Origin: Octopus bimaculoides
Taxonomy: Eukaryota
Direction of reading: 5' to 3'
Length of the DNA stretch: 64,000 nt
Assembly: GCF_001194135.2 (NCBI RefSeq)
Contig: NC_069002.1
Coordinates: 2,828,450 to 2,892,449 of the forward strand
Made by a program: the position numbers and the translations under genes. A model generated the notes under the pieces. That model saw only the letters and a list, made by a program, of their open reading frames with translations. It made no database searches and had not been told where the DNA came from. Below, piece after piece: positions 26,255 through 41,593 of this stretch. Position 1 is the first letter of the stretch, and each line of letters starts with the position of its first letter.

Positions 26255-27268
26255 CACATATACATACACATATATATATACATATATACTTATGTATGCG
26301 CGCGCCTATGTGTACATATATTATGTGCATGTGTATGTATATATGTATATAAAATATTCTATTTAAAGGAGACATCTTGCTTTTCATTGGATGATGTGAG
26401 AATTCAAAACCCCTTAGAGCTCTTAAGCATAATACAAAGTTTGAAAAGAACGCCATAAAAGGAATGATCGAGACGTGATAGGGGAAACGTGCAGAGACAA
26501 CAATGACGGGTGGAAAATAATAATAATTATTATTCTATTATTATAATAAGAAGAAGAAAAATGACAATTATATAACAACAAGTAATCCATTAAGGAAATG
26601 CGCCTGTATGAGAAAAGGCAGTATGGGCTATTAAAAACTTTAAATAAAGTAGGCAAGCGATTAAATTGTAAAACAAAACAGATTAAAAATGCATATATGT
26701 ATTAAAGGCGTTAAATATAGAGAAGGTTCCTAAGACGGATCATAGGATAAAAATGTGCTTAGAAAATTTCATGCAAGGTGAAAAATTATTGAATTAAAAT
26801 TCCCGAATTAAATATGCATGAGATTAAACTGTCAACAAAGTATTTTAATAACGAAAACCTCTCAAGGGAGATGAGACTGCACGTATGTGTAATTGCATGC
26901 GTGTGTACTTATATATATATATATATATACGGGACACCTTTTTGAACTAAGGGCGAAAAAGGCGAAGATCTATCTATCTATCTATAAACATATATNNNNN
27001 NNNNNNNNNNNNNNNNNNNNNNNNNNNNNNNNNNNNNNNNNNNNNNNNNNNNNNNNNNNNNNNNNNNNNNNNNNNNNNNNNNNNNNNNNNNNNNNNNNNN
27101 NNNNNNNNNNNNNNNNNNNNNNNNNNNNNNNNNNNNNNNNNNNNNNNNNNNNNNNNNNNNNNNNNNNNNNNNNNNNNNNNNNNNNNNNNNNNNNNNNNNN
27201 NNNNNNNNNNNNNNNNNNNNNNNNNNNNNNNNNNNNNNNNNNNNNNNNNNNNNNNNNNNNNNNNNNNN

Positions 27269-27311
<43 letters not shown>

Positions 27312-28136
27312 TAATATATTCATACATACACAGACAGCTACACACGCACACACACGTATATATATTATTCAAAATAGAGAAATAAAAGTCTGAGAGCTCA
27401 CAACGAATATAATCTCACTAGATGAGTGTGTGTATATATATGAATACATACATACACACACACACACATGCATATATATATATATATATATATACGCATC
27501 TGCGTGCGTGTGAATTTTATACATAAAACCTATCAGAACTTATAGTTACTCAAATTTATAATTTTATTTATGTCTGAAGTGGATGCGCAGGAATGTGCCT
27601 GTATGTGCGTAAATGCACGTGTCAGAGTGCGCTCCATCATGTCCGCTTTATACTGAAGACTTTGTGAGAATTTCTACGTTATTTTTATGATTTTTACGAA
27701 TTTTGTTTCATAGTTGTTTGTGTTAAGAACAATGAACTTCACCAACACTCTCACAGACACCCACACACAAGCACACACACACGCGCATATATATTATACA
27801 TATAGCAATGTCGACATACAGAGTGCTGCGAAAACCGTCATACACGTTTCACGGGTTCACAAAAGCATAGAGGTTATTTAAAAAATATATCTTAATAGCG
27901 TTCCAACACAAAACTCACTGTGCTGCACCGCTCCAATTTAATGCTACGGAAAAATATAAAAGTAACCTGTAAAAAACGCTAGCTGTCCTTTAAAAACTAA
28001 GTATCTCAACTAGCGACACATCTATAGTAGTTCTAAGTATGGTAGACTTTTCTGTGACGGCCTGCTTATGTCCATCTAACTGCCTATCTACCCTCTCTCT
28101 GTGTCTATGTGTGTGTGCGTGTGTATGTGGAGGCAT

Positions 28137-28197
28137 AGGCGCAGGAGTGGGTGTAAATAGTTTGCTTCCTAACCACATGGTTCTAGGTTCAACCCGG
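28137..28197 (+). mobile_element. SINE family B tRNA-like head only
   Basis: AGGCGCAGGAGTGGGTGTAAATAGTTTGCTTCCTAACCACATGGTTCTAGGTTCAACC. Confidence 0.65.
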
Positions 28198-28525
28198 CGT
28201 CAATGAGTTTATCACATAACATTTGTCCTGAAAGTAAAAACGACTTCTCCTCATATTTCAAAGCAAATCTTCTTGTTATAAAACTTAAAAACTGATGATG
28301 TCATTCCATCAACGTATGGACGCTGGTTACTCTCGTTCATAGTTTACGTTTAAGTTTCTGAAATTTTGAATTTTTAATCACCTTTTGTTTTGAACTTGAG
28401 AAAGACGAACGTGCTGTCGAAATATTGTTCAACGAACAAAACATCTATACAATCGAATCGCGCTCTTCGTCTTGACTATTTACCTTCGTGACGAGTTACG
28501 TCAATCCTTTTTTAAAATATTATTA

Positions 28526-28526
<1 letters not shown>

Positions 28527-28576
<50 letters not shown>

Positions 28577-28648
28577 GTTATTATTATTATCATCATCATT
28601 ATCGTCCCCATTATCATTTTATTATTATTGTGGGAAATAAATGAAATC

Positions 28649-28734
<86 letters not shown>

Positions 28735-28745
28735 CATTATTATTA
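28527..28745. repeat. Interrupted (ATT)n microsatellite
   Basis: Direct reading. Confidence 0.95.
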
Positions 28746-29229
28746 TTCATTCGTGTTGTGTTGTGTTCTTTCACTGCACTAAGGAGCGCAAATCACTTGC
28801 CGTGGTTTCTTTTGCTGTTGTGTTTCTTCTGTTCGGAAGTGTTCTACACAGGATGTGTGCGGTGCCTAGCAATGTTATTTTCTGAATATGCTATTAAGAT
28901 CAACATCATCAGCATCACCGTCATCATACTCATCATCGCGTATATGATTTAATACCAGTTTTTACTTCGCCATCGTCGCAACATGGCCGTTTTGCAACTG
29001 TAAATCTGTGTTTCTCAGCTACATCTGTTTTACGTTGTTGCGATATTTCTTTTATAATTCTTATCATTATTCACGATTGTGATTGATGTACGGCGTAATC
29101 TTTTTGATCATCGTTCCACAAATTTGACGCCGTCGGCAAGCATGGTGAACATTTGCTGCCAATTAGATTTTGATATATAATAACACTAAGAAGACCGAAT
29201 GCTTGTGTGTGTGGGTGTACTATGAGCGT

Positions 29230-29278
<49 letters not shown>

Positions 29279-29485
29279 CATTCTGCTGTTGAGTGCGTGC
29301 TATTTAAGCGTCTTTTTGAGTGGACATACGTTGTTTTTGTGAGTCTTATGTTTGTGCGTTCGTAAAAGGTGTTTCTGTCAATCTATGCTTTTGTGCAATA
29401 CATATATATATCTACATACGCAGACACATACAGGCAAACACACACACACACACACAGACACGTATACACATACATATATCACATA

Positions 29486-29575
<90 letters not shown>

Positions 29576-30335
29576 TGGTATACATATGCACAAGCAACCA
29601 CCTACAGAATACACAGAAGTACACACGCTCAGCTATATATGTGTATATATATATATATACATATGTATATATATATACATATATATACATGTATATATAC
29701 ATATACATATATGTGTGTGCGTGTATTCACATATATATTTACGTATATACATATATATAAAACAGATATATGTGGGCATTGTATATGTGTGTATGTATGT
29801 CTTTACATGTATACACACACACACACACCCATGCACTGTAGTTATACGTTAATATGTCCCATTAGTAAAGAAACACTTGAACATTTTTATGTAGGAAAAT
29901 CTGACAGATTTCTCTATACATAATATGACAGAAGACGGTAATATGTGAGAAATTGAAGAATATGAGTTTGTGAGGTGGTGTTGGGTGGTAGTTTTTTATA
30001 ACATAACAAATAAACTGAGTTTGACAATAAAATCTATTGATTGTCAAATATTTAAGAGATCTACATTAAAATATACTTTTATTTTTCGTTTCATTTCTGC
30101 GTCTGGCTTTTTCAAAAAGTGTTCTGTTTTGTGTGTGACATGTTTGAAATAGCGTGTCAGGCTCAACGGTGTTGTCGCCCGGCCGCGTTTTCACCGATTA
30201 TATGCAGTTTTACTTTGATATTTGTCTCAAAAGTCAGTCAACTACAACCATACTGGAGCGGTACCATGTGCCGTTAGCCAACTGAATCGGTTCCAATAGT
30301 TACATGAGTGTGTACGTGTATGCGTGTGTGTATAA

Positions 30336-30378
<43 letters not shown>

Positions 30379-31811
30379 TATATTATATATACGTGAATGA
30401 GAATGAGTGCTCAACACGTTTAGCATAGCTATTTGCCGAAACGGAATGTCACTAGATTGTTGTCATTTCTTTAGTTGCGTATGATTAATATTTACAACGT
30501 TTCCATAATATTTCATAGAATTCGTCTTATGATATTTTTTTTTTATTCCATCAGATAAAGCCTTTTCGGGGTCTCTGAAAAAAATGTTGGTGATGTAAAA
30601 AAACTGAATCGGCTTCAATTGAGAATGAAAATATGTTTCACTAAAACTTATTTCTATCTCCACAATCCCCATCTTTATTCATAAAACGCTAATGAAAGAA
30701 ACTTACTTGCTATAATGGAATACTTTGTTTTTTTTGTTTTTTATCGGTATCTTGTATGCTTCCTAACTTCCTACTATTCACCCTGAGCTATCAGCAACCT
30801 TCGGACGTCTCTCGCTCACTCACTAATATGGAAGCTTTAAACATCGTGCAGCAACTACAGAAGCACCGCCGCTGTTACCAAAGAGCATCATCATCATCAG
30901 AAACACTCGCTAAATGGATTCGTTAATCCCCCAAACAGAAGTCTCTCCTCTTACCAAGATCGTTTAATAAACACAGTATATTTGCAAAGGGAAGATTTAT
31001 TTTACGTAGACATAGCTAACACCATTAAATCATTCATGTTTGTTTGATATTTTGCAGAGGTTGCGGGGTGAAGGGTGAAGAGTGATGGCTGGAGATGTGA
31101 AGAGGGAGAGGTATATAATGAGGAGTGGGGAATGGTGGCGAAAGGGTGAGCGAAGAGGATGAAAGTGGTTGGGGAGGGGGAGGAGGAGGAAGAGTGATGA
31201 GTGAAACGTGTTTTCGCTCAAATTTATTTCCTCTGCATGACACAGCTCGTCTCTTTTCTATTACTTCTATTTCAACCATTTGATCACACACACACACACA
31301 CACACACACACNNNNNNNNNNAAAAATATACATACACACATACACACACATATATATATACAAATTTATCTATAAATATATATATAATATGATATATATA
31401 TACATGCATATGCTTGCACATATTTATAGATGCACATACATATATGTGTACACACAGTATCACATATTCATTCAGGGACACACACACATATATATATGTA
31501 TGTATGCATGCATACGCATACGTGTTTGTGACTCTGTGTGTGCGCGTATGTGGACGTATGTATATACAAACGTATATAAATGCATATATATATATATATG
31601 CATATATATATATATATANNNNNNNNNNNNNNNNNNNNNNNNNNNNNNNNNNNNNNNNNNNNNNNNNNNNNNNNNNNNNNNNNNNNNNNNNNNNNNNNNN
31701 NNNNNNNNNNNNNNNNNNNNNNNNNNNNNNNNNNNNNNNNNNNNNNNNNNNNNNNNNNNNNNNNNNNNNNNNNNNNNNNNNNNNNNNNNNNNNNNNNNNN
31801 NNNNNNNNNNN

Positions 31812-31888
<77 letters not shown>

Positions 31889-32324
31889 CACACACACAAA
31901 ACAGATTCATGAAAATATTATCAGCAATTACATTCAATCGCGCATTGTAACGCACGCTCCTATATGTACATGCGAATATACACAAAATTACACTCACACA
32001 CACATACATACATACTTATTACACAGACCATTCCCGTACATCCAGACACATACACATAGACGCCACCGCAAACACAAACACACACACATCTATACATACA
32101 CATACATTTACATACACTCCTACCATCGAATCCCGACGAACAAATTATCACACAGTTAAAGTATCCACGCAACATATCTATTTCTCTTCTTTGTCACTCT
32201 AACTACCGTCTATAATTTCACTTGCGTGTGGCGACATCGAGCGTTAACGATAGTTACAAAAACCTTGCAAGATCTGTAATAAACAAGTCAACATTGGCAC
32301 TTAACTTATAAATTATATACATTT

Positions 32325-32645
32325 AGGTGCAGGCGTCAATGTATGCTATAGGAAGTTTGCTTTCCAACTACAAGGTTCCGGGTTCAGTCCCACTGCGTGA
32401 CACCTTGGCCAAGTGTTGTTTACGATACCTTCGGTCCCACCAAATCCTTGTGAGTGGAAATTGAAAGAAGCCCATCGTATGTATGTGTCTGCGTGTGCCT
32501 TTGTGTTCGAGCTTACACTCCACTCCAACAAGGACCGATAGAATAAGTAATAAGCTTACAAAGAATAAGTTTTGATGTTTATTTTTTCAAACAAAGCCGG
32601 TGCTCCAGCATAGCCGCTGTTAACTGAAACAAGTAAAATAAAAAA
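32325..32645 (+). mobile_element. SINE family B (CORE-type), near full length, diverged
   Basis: tRNA-like head with GGGTTCAGTCCC B-box, CORE-like GTGACACCTTGGCCAAGTGTT (compare MIR core GTGACCTTGGGCAAGTCACTT), tail GTGCTCCAGCATAGCCGC...CTGAAACAAGTAAAA. Confidence 0.85.
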
Positions 32646-34201
32646 ATATACGATAGACGAGATAATACACGGCGAAAATGCACAAAAGGACACGAGAAGC
32701 GGAAGATAAACGTGCGTAAAATTAGATATAAATATAAACCTAAAATGAAAAGCAGTAGAATTTGACGTTTCGGGTTAGGAGCATTTACCAAAGAAAAATG
32801 GACGCAGTACAAGTACGCGAAGAGAAAGGAGTTAATATCGTCTGTTTATATTGCAGGATGGTTAAATACATCCACAAATAAACATACGTAGAAACACGTA
32901 CAGACAAAGATCTTCATACACAAATGTATTTGTCGACATTCGCACAAATGGTAGGTTATGTACAGTGAGATGGATATACGCATATCGTTAAAGAAAGCAA
33001 GATCACAAGTCCACCATTCTGGTTGAATATAGTTAAATGGAGAGGGTAGACAGTGGCCAACAAGAAAATTTAAACAAGGATATAAAAAAGAACCTCAAAA
33101 ACACAGGAAGAACAGATTCTTATAATGGCACATATAGACACATAAATAGCATATATATTCCTTGTCTTCGGTACTATTAAACTTTCAAATCAATACAAAG
33201 CATGACATTTTTTTTATTGTCCTTTGCCATGGTTTCTGACGTAATTCATTGCGAGTTTCAAATGAATGCTTTTATCGTTATATTTCTAGTAATATACGTA
33301 TAAATTAATGCATATATGTAGAATATCATATTCATGTATATCCAGATATACAGAGGTATACATTTATATGTATATANNNNNNNNNNNNNNNNNNNNNNNN
33401 NNNNNNNNNNNNNNNNNNNNNNNNNNNNNNNNNNNNNNNNNNNNNNNNNNNNNNNNNNNNNNNNNNNNNNNNNNNNNNNNNNNNNNNNNNNNNNNNNNNN
33501 NNNNNNNNNNNNNNNNNNNNNNNNNNNNNNNNNNNNNNNNNNNNNNNNNNNNNNNNNNNNNNNNNNNNNNNNNNNNNNNNNNNNNNNNNNNNNNNNNNNN
33601 NNNNNNNNNNNNNNNNNNNNNNNNNNNNNNNNNNNNNNNNNNNNNNNNNNNNNNNNNNNNNNNNNNNNNNNNNNNNNNNNNNNNNNNNNNNNNNNNNNNN
33701 NNNNNNNNNNNNNNNNNNNNNNNNNNNNNNNNNNNNNNNNNNNNNNNNNNNNNNNNNNNNNNNNNNNNNNNNNNNNNNNNNNNNNNNNNNNNNNNNNNNN
33801 NNNNNNNNNNNNNNNNNNNNNNNNNNNNNNNNNNNNNNNNNNNNNNNNNNNNNNNNNNNNNNNNNNNNNNNNNNNNNNNNNNNNNNNNNNNNNNNNNNNN
33901 NNNNNNNNNNNNNNNNNNNNNNNNNNNNNNNNNNNNNNNNNNNNNNNNNNNNNNNNNNNNNNNNNNNNNNNNNNNNNNNNNNNNNNNNNNNNNNNNNNNN
34001 NNNNNNNNNNNNNNNNNNNNNNNNNNNNNNNNNNNNNNNNNNNNNNNNNNNNNNNNNNNNNNNNNNNNNNNNNNNNNNNNNNNNNNNNNNNNNNNNNNNN
34101 NNNNNNNNNNNNNNNNNNNNNNNNNNNNNNNNNNNNNNNNNNNNNATACATATATAAATATATACATATATATATCTATAGGTATAGATAAGTATATATG
34201 T

Positions 34202-34243
<42 letters not shown>

Positions 34244-34463
34244 TATGTTTTACTATTCATTCTGTATCAGTTCTCGTCTTTGATATAGCTATCGTTATTT
34301 TTTTTTATTGTGTTATATTTCTAACGAGGTTTTTCTTTTAAATTTTTGCCTTTTTTTTCATGTTTTTACTTCAATTTTTTTTTTGTCTCACTATTTTCTT
34401 TAGTCTCATTTTTCTCTCTCTCAGTTTCTTTCTGCTTCTCTCTCTCTCTCTCCATTTATCTAC

Positions 34464-34515
<52 letters not shown>

Positions 34516-35640
34516 NNNNNNNNNNNNNNNNNNNNNNNNNNNNNNNNNNNNNNNNNNNNNNNNNNNNNNNNNNNNNNNNNNNNNNNNNNNNNNNNNNNNN
34601 NNNNNNNNNNNNNNNNNNNNNNNNNNNNNNNNNNNNNNNNNNNNNNNNNNNNNNNNNNNNNNNNNNNNNNNNNNNNNNNNNNNNNNNNNNNNNNNNNNNN
34701 NNNNNNNNNNNNNNNNNNNNNNNNNNNNNNNNNNNNNNNNNNNNNNNNNNNNNNNNNNNNNNNNNNNNNNNNNNNNNNNNNNNNNNNNNNNNNNNNNNNN
34801 NNNNNNNNNNNNNNNNNNNNNNNNNNNNNNNNNNNNNNNNNNNNNNNNNNNNNNNNNNNNNNNNNNNNNNNNNNNNNNNNNNNNNNNNNNNNNNNNNNNN
34901 NNNNNNNNNNNNNNNNNNNNNNNNNNNNNNNNNNNNNNNNNNNNNNNNNNNNNNNNNNNNNNNNNNNNNNNNNNNNNNNNNNNNNNNNNNNNNNNNNNNN
35001 NNNNNNNNNNNNNNNNNNNNNNNNNNNNNNNNNNNNNNNNNNNNNNNNNNNNNNNNNNNNNNNNNNNNNNNNNNNNNNNNNNNNNNNNNNNNNNNNNNNN
35101 NNNNNNNNNNNNNNNNNNNNNNNNNNNNNNNNNNNNNNNNNNNNNNNNNNNNNNNNNNNNNNNNNNNNNNNNNNNNNNNNNNNNNNNNNNNNNNNNNNNN
35201 NNNNNNNNNNNNNNNNNNNNNNNNNNNNNNNNNNNNNNNNNNNNNNNNNNNNNNNNNNNNNNNNNNNNNNNNNNNNNNNNNNNNNNNNNNNNNNNNNNNN
35301 NNNNNNNNNNNNNNNNNNNNNNNNNNNNNNNNNNNNNNNNNNNNNNNNNNNNNNNNNNNNNNNNNNNNNNNNNNNNNNNNNNNNNNNNNNNNNNNNNNNN
35401 NNNNNNNNNNNNNNNNNNNNNNNNAATACATAGATATAAGCGCATACTTATTCATAATAATAAAACAGAGTGTACATGTATGTATGTATGTATGTATGTA
35501 TATACATATGGCTATATACATATATATTCCTGATAGATTGCATTAAGATACGTAGAGTATTACATAAATATACCAGTTCCAGTATCATAATAGCATGGAA
35601 CTATTAGTAGCTCCTTCAGTTGTGTATTTGATTTGATATA

Positions 35641-35690
<50 letters not shown>

Positions 35691-35692
<2 letters not shown>

Positions 35693-35817
35693 CGCAGGAA
35701 GGGCTGTGTGGTAAGTAGCTTGCTTACAAACTGGGTTCATTCCCACTGCGTGGTACCTTGGGAAAGTCTCTTCTACTATAGCCTCGGGTCGACCAAAGCC
35801 TCGTGGGTCGATTTGGT
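35691..35817 (+). mobile_element. SINE family B, 5' half, directly after (TA)n
   Basis: GGCGCAGGAAGGGCTGTGTGGTAAGTAGCTTGC...CCACTGCGTGGTACCTTGGGAAAGTCTCTTCTACTATAGCCTCGGGTCGACCAAAGCC. Confidence 0.85.
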
Positions 35818-36062
35818 GGTGGTGGTGGTGGTAGTGGTGGTGGTGGGGGGGTATAGTTTAGCAGTTATTGTTTATGAATGTGAATACATTTCTGAGACAA
35901 GTCTTATGCATACATGCAAATCTGTATGTGCATATGTGTGTACGCTTGCATAACTGTGTGTCTGTCTGTATATGCACTTTATATGTGTGTACATATGAAG
36001 TAAAATAAGTGTGGCGTATATGTTAGTAATGTGTGAAGATACAATGAAAACCATTGTTTTAA

Positions 36063-36064
<2 letters not shown>

Positions 36065-36145
<81 letters not shown>
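36065..36145. repeat. (GT)n microsatellite
   Basis: Direct reading. Confidence 0.97.
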
Positions 36146-36147
<2 letters not shown>

Positions 36148-36541
36148 CGTGTTTACACATGGTTAGTGCCAATATGTGTTTCAGAAGACAGTGAATGCTT
36201 AAATTTGAATTTTTAAAGAGACAGCAGACCTGGAATAATCAAAGAAACACATACACAAATGTAAATTTCGGCTGAGTAGATGCAAGTCGTGTTGTCTGTC
36301 GCCCATAACAATTGTCGTTATTTTTAAGTGGAATATTTGTAAACCTATTCAAACTACAAAGCGAAATGTGTTGTATAGATTTGTGTGCAGCGTTTTGAAA
36401 TGAGGAGTAGATAGACAGCCGACAACTGATGAAGGGTTGTTCTTTGTGTTCCTTGTCGTGTTTTCCATTTGTTTCTCTCTTTGTTTGCGTATTCAACTCA
36501 TTTGTTTTCGTATTTCATGTTGTTTATTGTTGGTGATGTCC

Positions 36542-36580
<39 letters not shown>

Positions 36581-36914
36581 TATGAAGTTTTTTTATTCTT
36601 TGTTTTGTTTCATAATCTACTTACTCTCCATTTTAGATATTCAGTATGACTGTTTACCATTTTTGCAGATTCAGTATGGTGATACTTCACAGAAATTTCA
36701 TTATGGAAGCCTTGAGCTGTGTTAGCAATTGATTGGGCAATTACAACAGCAATAATAACATCTACTATTACAACTACTACTACTACTAATGTGATTATAC
36801 CACTATGTCTACTGATGATTGTGAGGAAAATATTAATAACAACAATAATTGTTTGTAATTTAGCCCCAAGATCATCAATATTAGGTGTTGCTATTAATTT
36901 ATCACAAGTCAGAG

Positions 36915-37125
36915 GGCTGGAAGAGTCGTTAGCATACTCGACAAAACGCTTAGCTCCATTTCGCGCGGTTTTACGTTCTGAGTTCGAATTCTACCGGAGT
37001 CGAATTTGCTTTTCATCCTTTCGGGCTCGATAAAATAAGTACCAGTTGAGCAGTGTTGGGGGAACTTAACCGACTTACATCCTCTCCAGAATTGCTGTTC
37101 TTGTAACAATATCTAAAACCAATTT
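36915..37125 (+). mobile_element. SINE family A, near full length
   Basis: ACGTTCTGAGTTCGAATTC...GTCGAATTTGCTTTTCATCCTTTCGGGCTCGATAAAATAAGTACCAGTTGAGCA; tail type ending AAACCAATT. Confidence 0.85.
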
Positions 37126-37803
37126 TTATTCTTAACACGTTCCAGCAGATTCGAACATGAATCTCAAATAGTTGTTATGATTCTTCACAAGAAGAAAACT
37201 CCTCTACGACGAATGAATGTCTTTAAAACACTCGATTCATTTGCGCAAGGTACTCTAAGACAGCCGATGTTTCAACATTAGTCTGTCTCGTCAGCTATGA
37301 TTAATGAATATCACTAGAATCGAAAACCTTGATCGCATTGCTTTTAATCTGAATGGCGTCTCTAAGAAATTAATTCTTTAACGTTAGTCTAGGTTCTACA
37401 TCGACGATGAAATTTGTCTTTGACATGCATTATCATATTCTCTCAAACTTGTACAACTATGAGATCTTTGGAAGAAACTCAATCTCAAGCGTCGTAGAGA
37501 TAGCAGAGCATAGACATGTCCATTGGCTTTGATTAACACATATCAATCAAGAAGTTTCGATTGAATGAAACAGTAGTGATGTGTATCTGTCCTATATGCA
37601 TCGGGTTTCAGTCAAGTTTACGTTGATTTGCAATATCGATAGCGTGTGATACAAATGCACTGCCGTATTTGTTCTAGAGGTTTTGCATTTCTTTCCCTCT
37701 CATTCTTCACTCTCTATTTCTTTCTCTAAGTATATGTGTATCCGTATGTATGTATGTATGTATATAAATATATATTAATACATATCTGTATATATATGTA
37801 TGC

Positions 37804-37806
<3 letters not shown>

Positions 37807-37886
<80 letters not shown>
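37807..37886. repeat. (TA)n microsatellite
   Basis: Direct reading. Confidence 0.97.
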
Positions 37887-37889
<3 letters not shown>

Positions 37890-38159
37890 ATAGATGTTTA
37901 TGCATGTATACGTATGTATATATATATATATGCATATGTATGTATGTGTGTGTATGTCTGTATGTATGTGATGGATGGAGGGATGGATGTTTGCATGTAT
38001 GCACATATGTATCTGTCAGTCAGCATTTAGAATCAGCTGCACGACACTGCGAGAATGGCGTGGGAACCGATAACTTTAGTTGCGGTCGAATACGTTGACC
38101 GAGTCCATTCTGTCGCAGAATAAAGTCTAGTCGTTTAGAAATCGTCGGAGCAGAGCACA

Positions 38160-38390
38160 TAATCATCACCATCATCACCATCATGCTCATCATCATCACC
38201 ATCGTCATCATCACCATCATCATCATCATGCTCATCATCATCACCATCTTCACCATCATCATCATCATCATTGTCGTCGTTAGCATCGTCGTTAGCATCG
38301 TCGGCGGCGACGGCGGTGGCGTCGACGTCGTCTTCGTTACCATCGTTATCACTATCGTCATCACCGCCACAACCGCCGTCATCATGACGT
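38160..38390. repeat. Degenerate (CAT/CGT)n trinucleotide tract
   Basis: CAT/CAC/CGT/CGG triplet mosaic; source of the poly-D/poly-M pseudo-ORFs. Confidence 0.9.
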
Positions 38391-40023
38391 GGATGTGTAT
38401 GACATGCTGACAACGACTATGAAGACGTCATGATGACGTCGGGCGGAACTGCAGAGATACCATGACGACGGTGACCTTAATGTTTCCGGTGGTGGTGGTG
38501 GTGGTAGTAGTGGTGATGNNNNNNNNNNGGCGGCGGCGACGGCGGTGGTGGTGGTGGTGGTGGTGAGGAGGAAGAGGACACTATAAAAAGGACACTGAGA
38601 CAATGTGATATAGCTTATTTAATGTTCTCATTTAGTGTCCAATTTATACGACAGTGGGATAAGTACGTAAATTGAGGCACCTTTTTAGGACGAGCTAATT
38701 TGCACACTCAAACAATATCAAGTGATTATCAAAACTCTACGTAGGATCGTTCCCCACCCTCGAGATTCGTGCAGTGTATGCAGATGGCACGTTCCATCTT
38801 AGCGAATAAATGAATAAATCCGCTCTTTGTTGCTCAGACATGTACTTTATGGAAAGTTACTTTCCAAATACTTCCCAAATGCAGATTCCAGTGTAAGTTA
38901 ATAAAGTATAAATGAATTACAAAGATGTGTAAGTGTCAGTTGTATAACTGTCACCTGTACATCTTGGTTACTCATTTATATTTTACATATGCATATATAT
39001 ATATATATATATANNNNNNNNNNNNNNNNNNNNNNNNNNNNNNNNNNNNNNNNNNNNNNNNNNNNNNNNNNNNNNNNNNNNNNNNNNNNNNNNNNNNNNN
39101 NNNNNNNNNNNNNNNNNNNNNNNNNNNNNNNNNNNNNNNNNNNNNNNNNNNNNNNNNNNNNNNNNNNNNNNNNNNNNNNNNNNNNNNNNNNNNNNNNNNN
39201 NNNNNNNNNNNNNNNNNNNNNNNNNNNNNNNNNNNNNNNNNNNNNNNNNNNNNNNNNNNNNNNNNNNNNNNNNNNNNNNNNNNNNNNNNNNNNNNNNNNN
39301 NNNNNNNNNNNNNNNNNNNNNNNNNNNNNNNNNNNNNNNNNNNNNNNNNNNNNNNNNNNNNNNNNNNNNNNNNNNNNNNNNNNNNNNNNNNNNNNNNNNN
39401 NNNNNNNNNNNNNNNNNNNNNNNNNNNNNNNNNNNNNNNNNNNNNNNNNNNNNNNNNNNNNNNNNNNNNNNNNNNNNNNNNNNNNNNNNNNNNNNNNNNN
39501 NNNNTACATAAATACGTACTTACATACATACATACACGAATACTTACATAGAGTATACATGCCTATTTATGTAAACCTACACACGCACATACATACTAAA
39601 GAAAATTTACGTACATATATATATATACATGCATATATGCATATATACATACACATATATACATAGATGCACATAAATACATAGATGCACACATGGCTAC
39701 ATACATGCATAGATATGCATACATATATATTTGCGTACACGTATACGTAAGTACTTAAATACAAGCCTACATACGTACAAACCTACATATACGTAAGTAC
39801 ACACATATATGTAATACATGCCTACATACATACAAAGTATAAATGCGTAAATAGATTTTAAGAAAAAAAGCAGACAAACAGAGCAGTGTTAAAATATGGC
39901 AAAAAAGAAACAATATTGTATAACGAATTAGAAGATAAAATCACAAACATACAACGGAATCCATATTAACTTTATCAACCTCTTTTCCCAATTAAACAAA
40001 CACTGCATTTAAAACAATAACCG

Positions 40024-40102
<79 letters not shown>

Positions 40103-40429
40103 ATAAGGAGATCAGTTAAAGCTGTATACCTAAAGCTATAAACAATAGCTGGGGAAACAATCAACAACGACAACAAAGACATTTCTAACTACGGTAGCAG
40201 CAACGGCAGCGGCAGCAGCATGAGTCTCGCTGACACCAAACGCACCAACATACCAACGTACAAGCGTACCAACATACCAACTGACTAACTGCAAGACAAA
40301 ACAGAGTAAGGGGAAAAGAAACTAGCAAAAAGCGAAATATTACTTGAGAAGAAGAAAGCAAGTAGCAAACCACGTCAAAGTGGAGGGAAGACAAAAGCAA
40401 ATCAGCTGCAACAAAACAACAGCAACAAC

Positions 40430-40491
<62 letters not shown>

Positions 40492-41593
40492 CGGTGGGGT
40501 GATGGCACCGGTGATGATGGTGGTGGTGGTGCAACAAGAGCAGTCACCACATGTGCAATGACAAAATGTTTCAGATATGTATATATATATATATATATAN
40601 NNNNNNNNNNNNNNNNNNNNNNNNNNNNNNNNNNNNNNNNNNNNNNNNNNNNNNNNNNNNNNNNNNNNNNNNNNNNNNNNNNNNNNNNNNNNNNNNNNNN
40701 NNNNNNNNNNNNNNNNNNNNNNNNNNNNNNNNNNNNNNNNNNNNNNNNNNNNNNNNNNNNNNNNNNNNNNNNNNNNNNNNNNNNNNNNNNNNNNNNNNNN
40801 NNNNNNNNNNNNNNNNNNNNNNNNNNNNNNNNNNNNNNNNNNNNNNNNNNNNNNNNNNNNNNNNNNNNNNNNNNNNNNNNNNNNNNNNNNNNNNNNNNNN
40901 NNNNNNNNNNNNNNNNNNNNNNNNNNNNNNNNNNNNNNNNNNNNNNNNNNNNNNNNNNNNNNNNNNNNNNNNNNNNNNNNNNNNNNNNNNNNNNNNNNNN
41001 NNNNNNNNNNNNTACATATATATATATGAAGTAGCATTGAAATTGTATTTCTAACAACAATTACATGAAGAGTTGAAAGAGCCAGAAAGCGCAAAGAAAA
41101 TAAGAAACTATTGTTGAAGAGCAGCCATTGTTGCAAACGCAACAAACAGCAACTACAGGCAAAACAACAGTTCCAGCGGTGTCAACGAGGATAAACAAGA
41201 AAGTATGGAACCAAACGGGGAAAAAAAAAAAGAAACTACAACAGCGATCAGGAAAAAGTAAACACAAACTTTTATAATATGTTAAGAGAGAAAACGCTAA
41301 CTATAAGAACATTACTGCAACGATCCAATCTGCGACACCCCCCTCTTTTGTTCAGTCATTTTCTTTGGAGTCTTTTCAACACCCACACAAAACTTGAACC
41401 CAGCACAGTTTGCTGTTGAGAGCACAAAGTATTGCATATTAAAATTAGTCGTAATTCGCTAACTATTGTGTATTATAGATTATGAGACACAGAAATCTAG
41501 TTCGAACCAAAAGATCTTGGTTTAATATGACGTAGTAACACATTTACCCCCTTCCTTCTTAACAACAGCGCATAAAATATGGAAGAACAGAAC

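Noticed and set aside
32690-32800. GACGTTTCGGG (half hammerhead, minus strand) after a KYKPK-like peptide
   Set aside because: The CUGANGA half is absent; too decayed to call a PLE end.
37430-37520. Possible CR1/L2 remnant (…KKLNLKRRRD)
   Set aside because: Only a few residues resemble the LINE motif; no flanking support.
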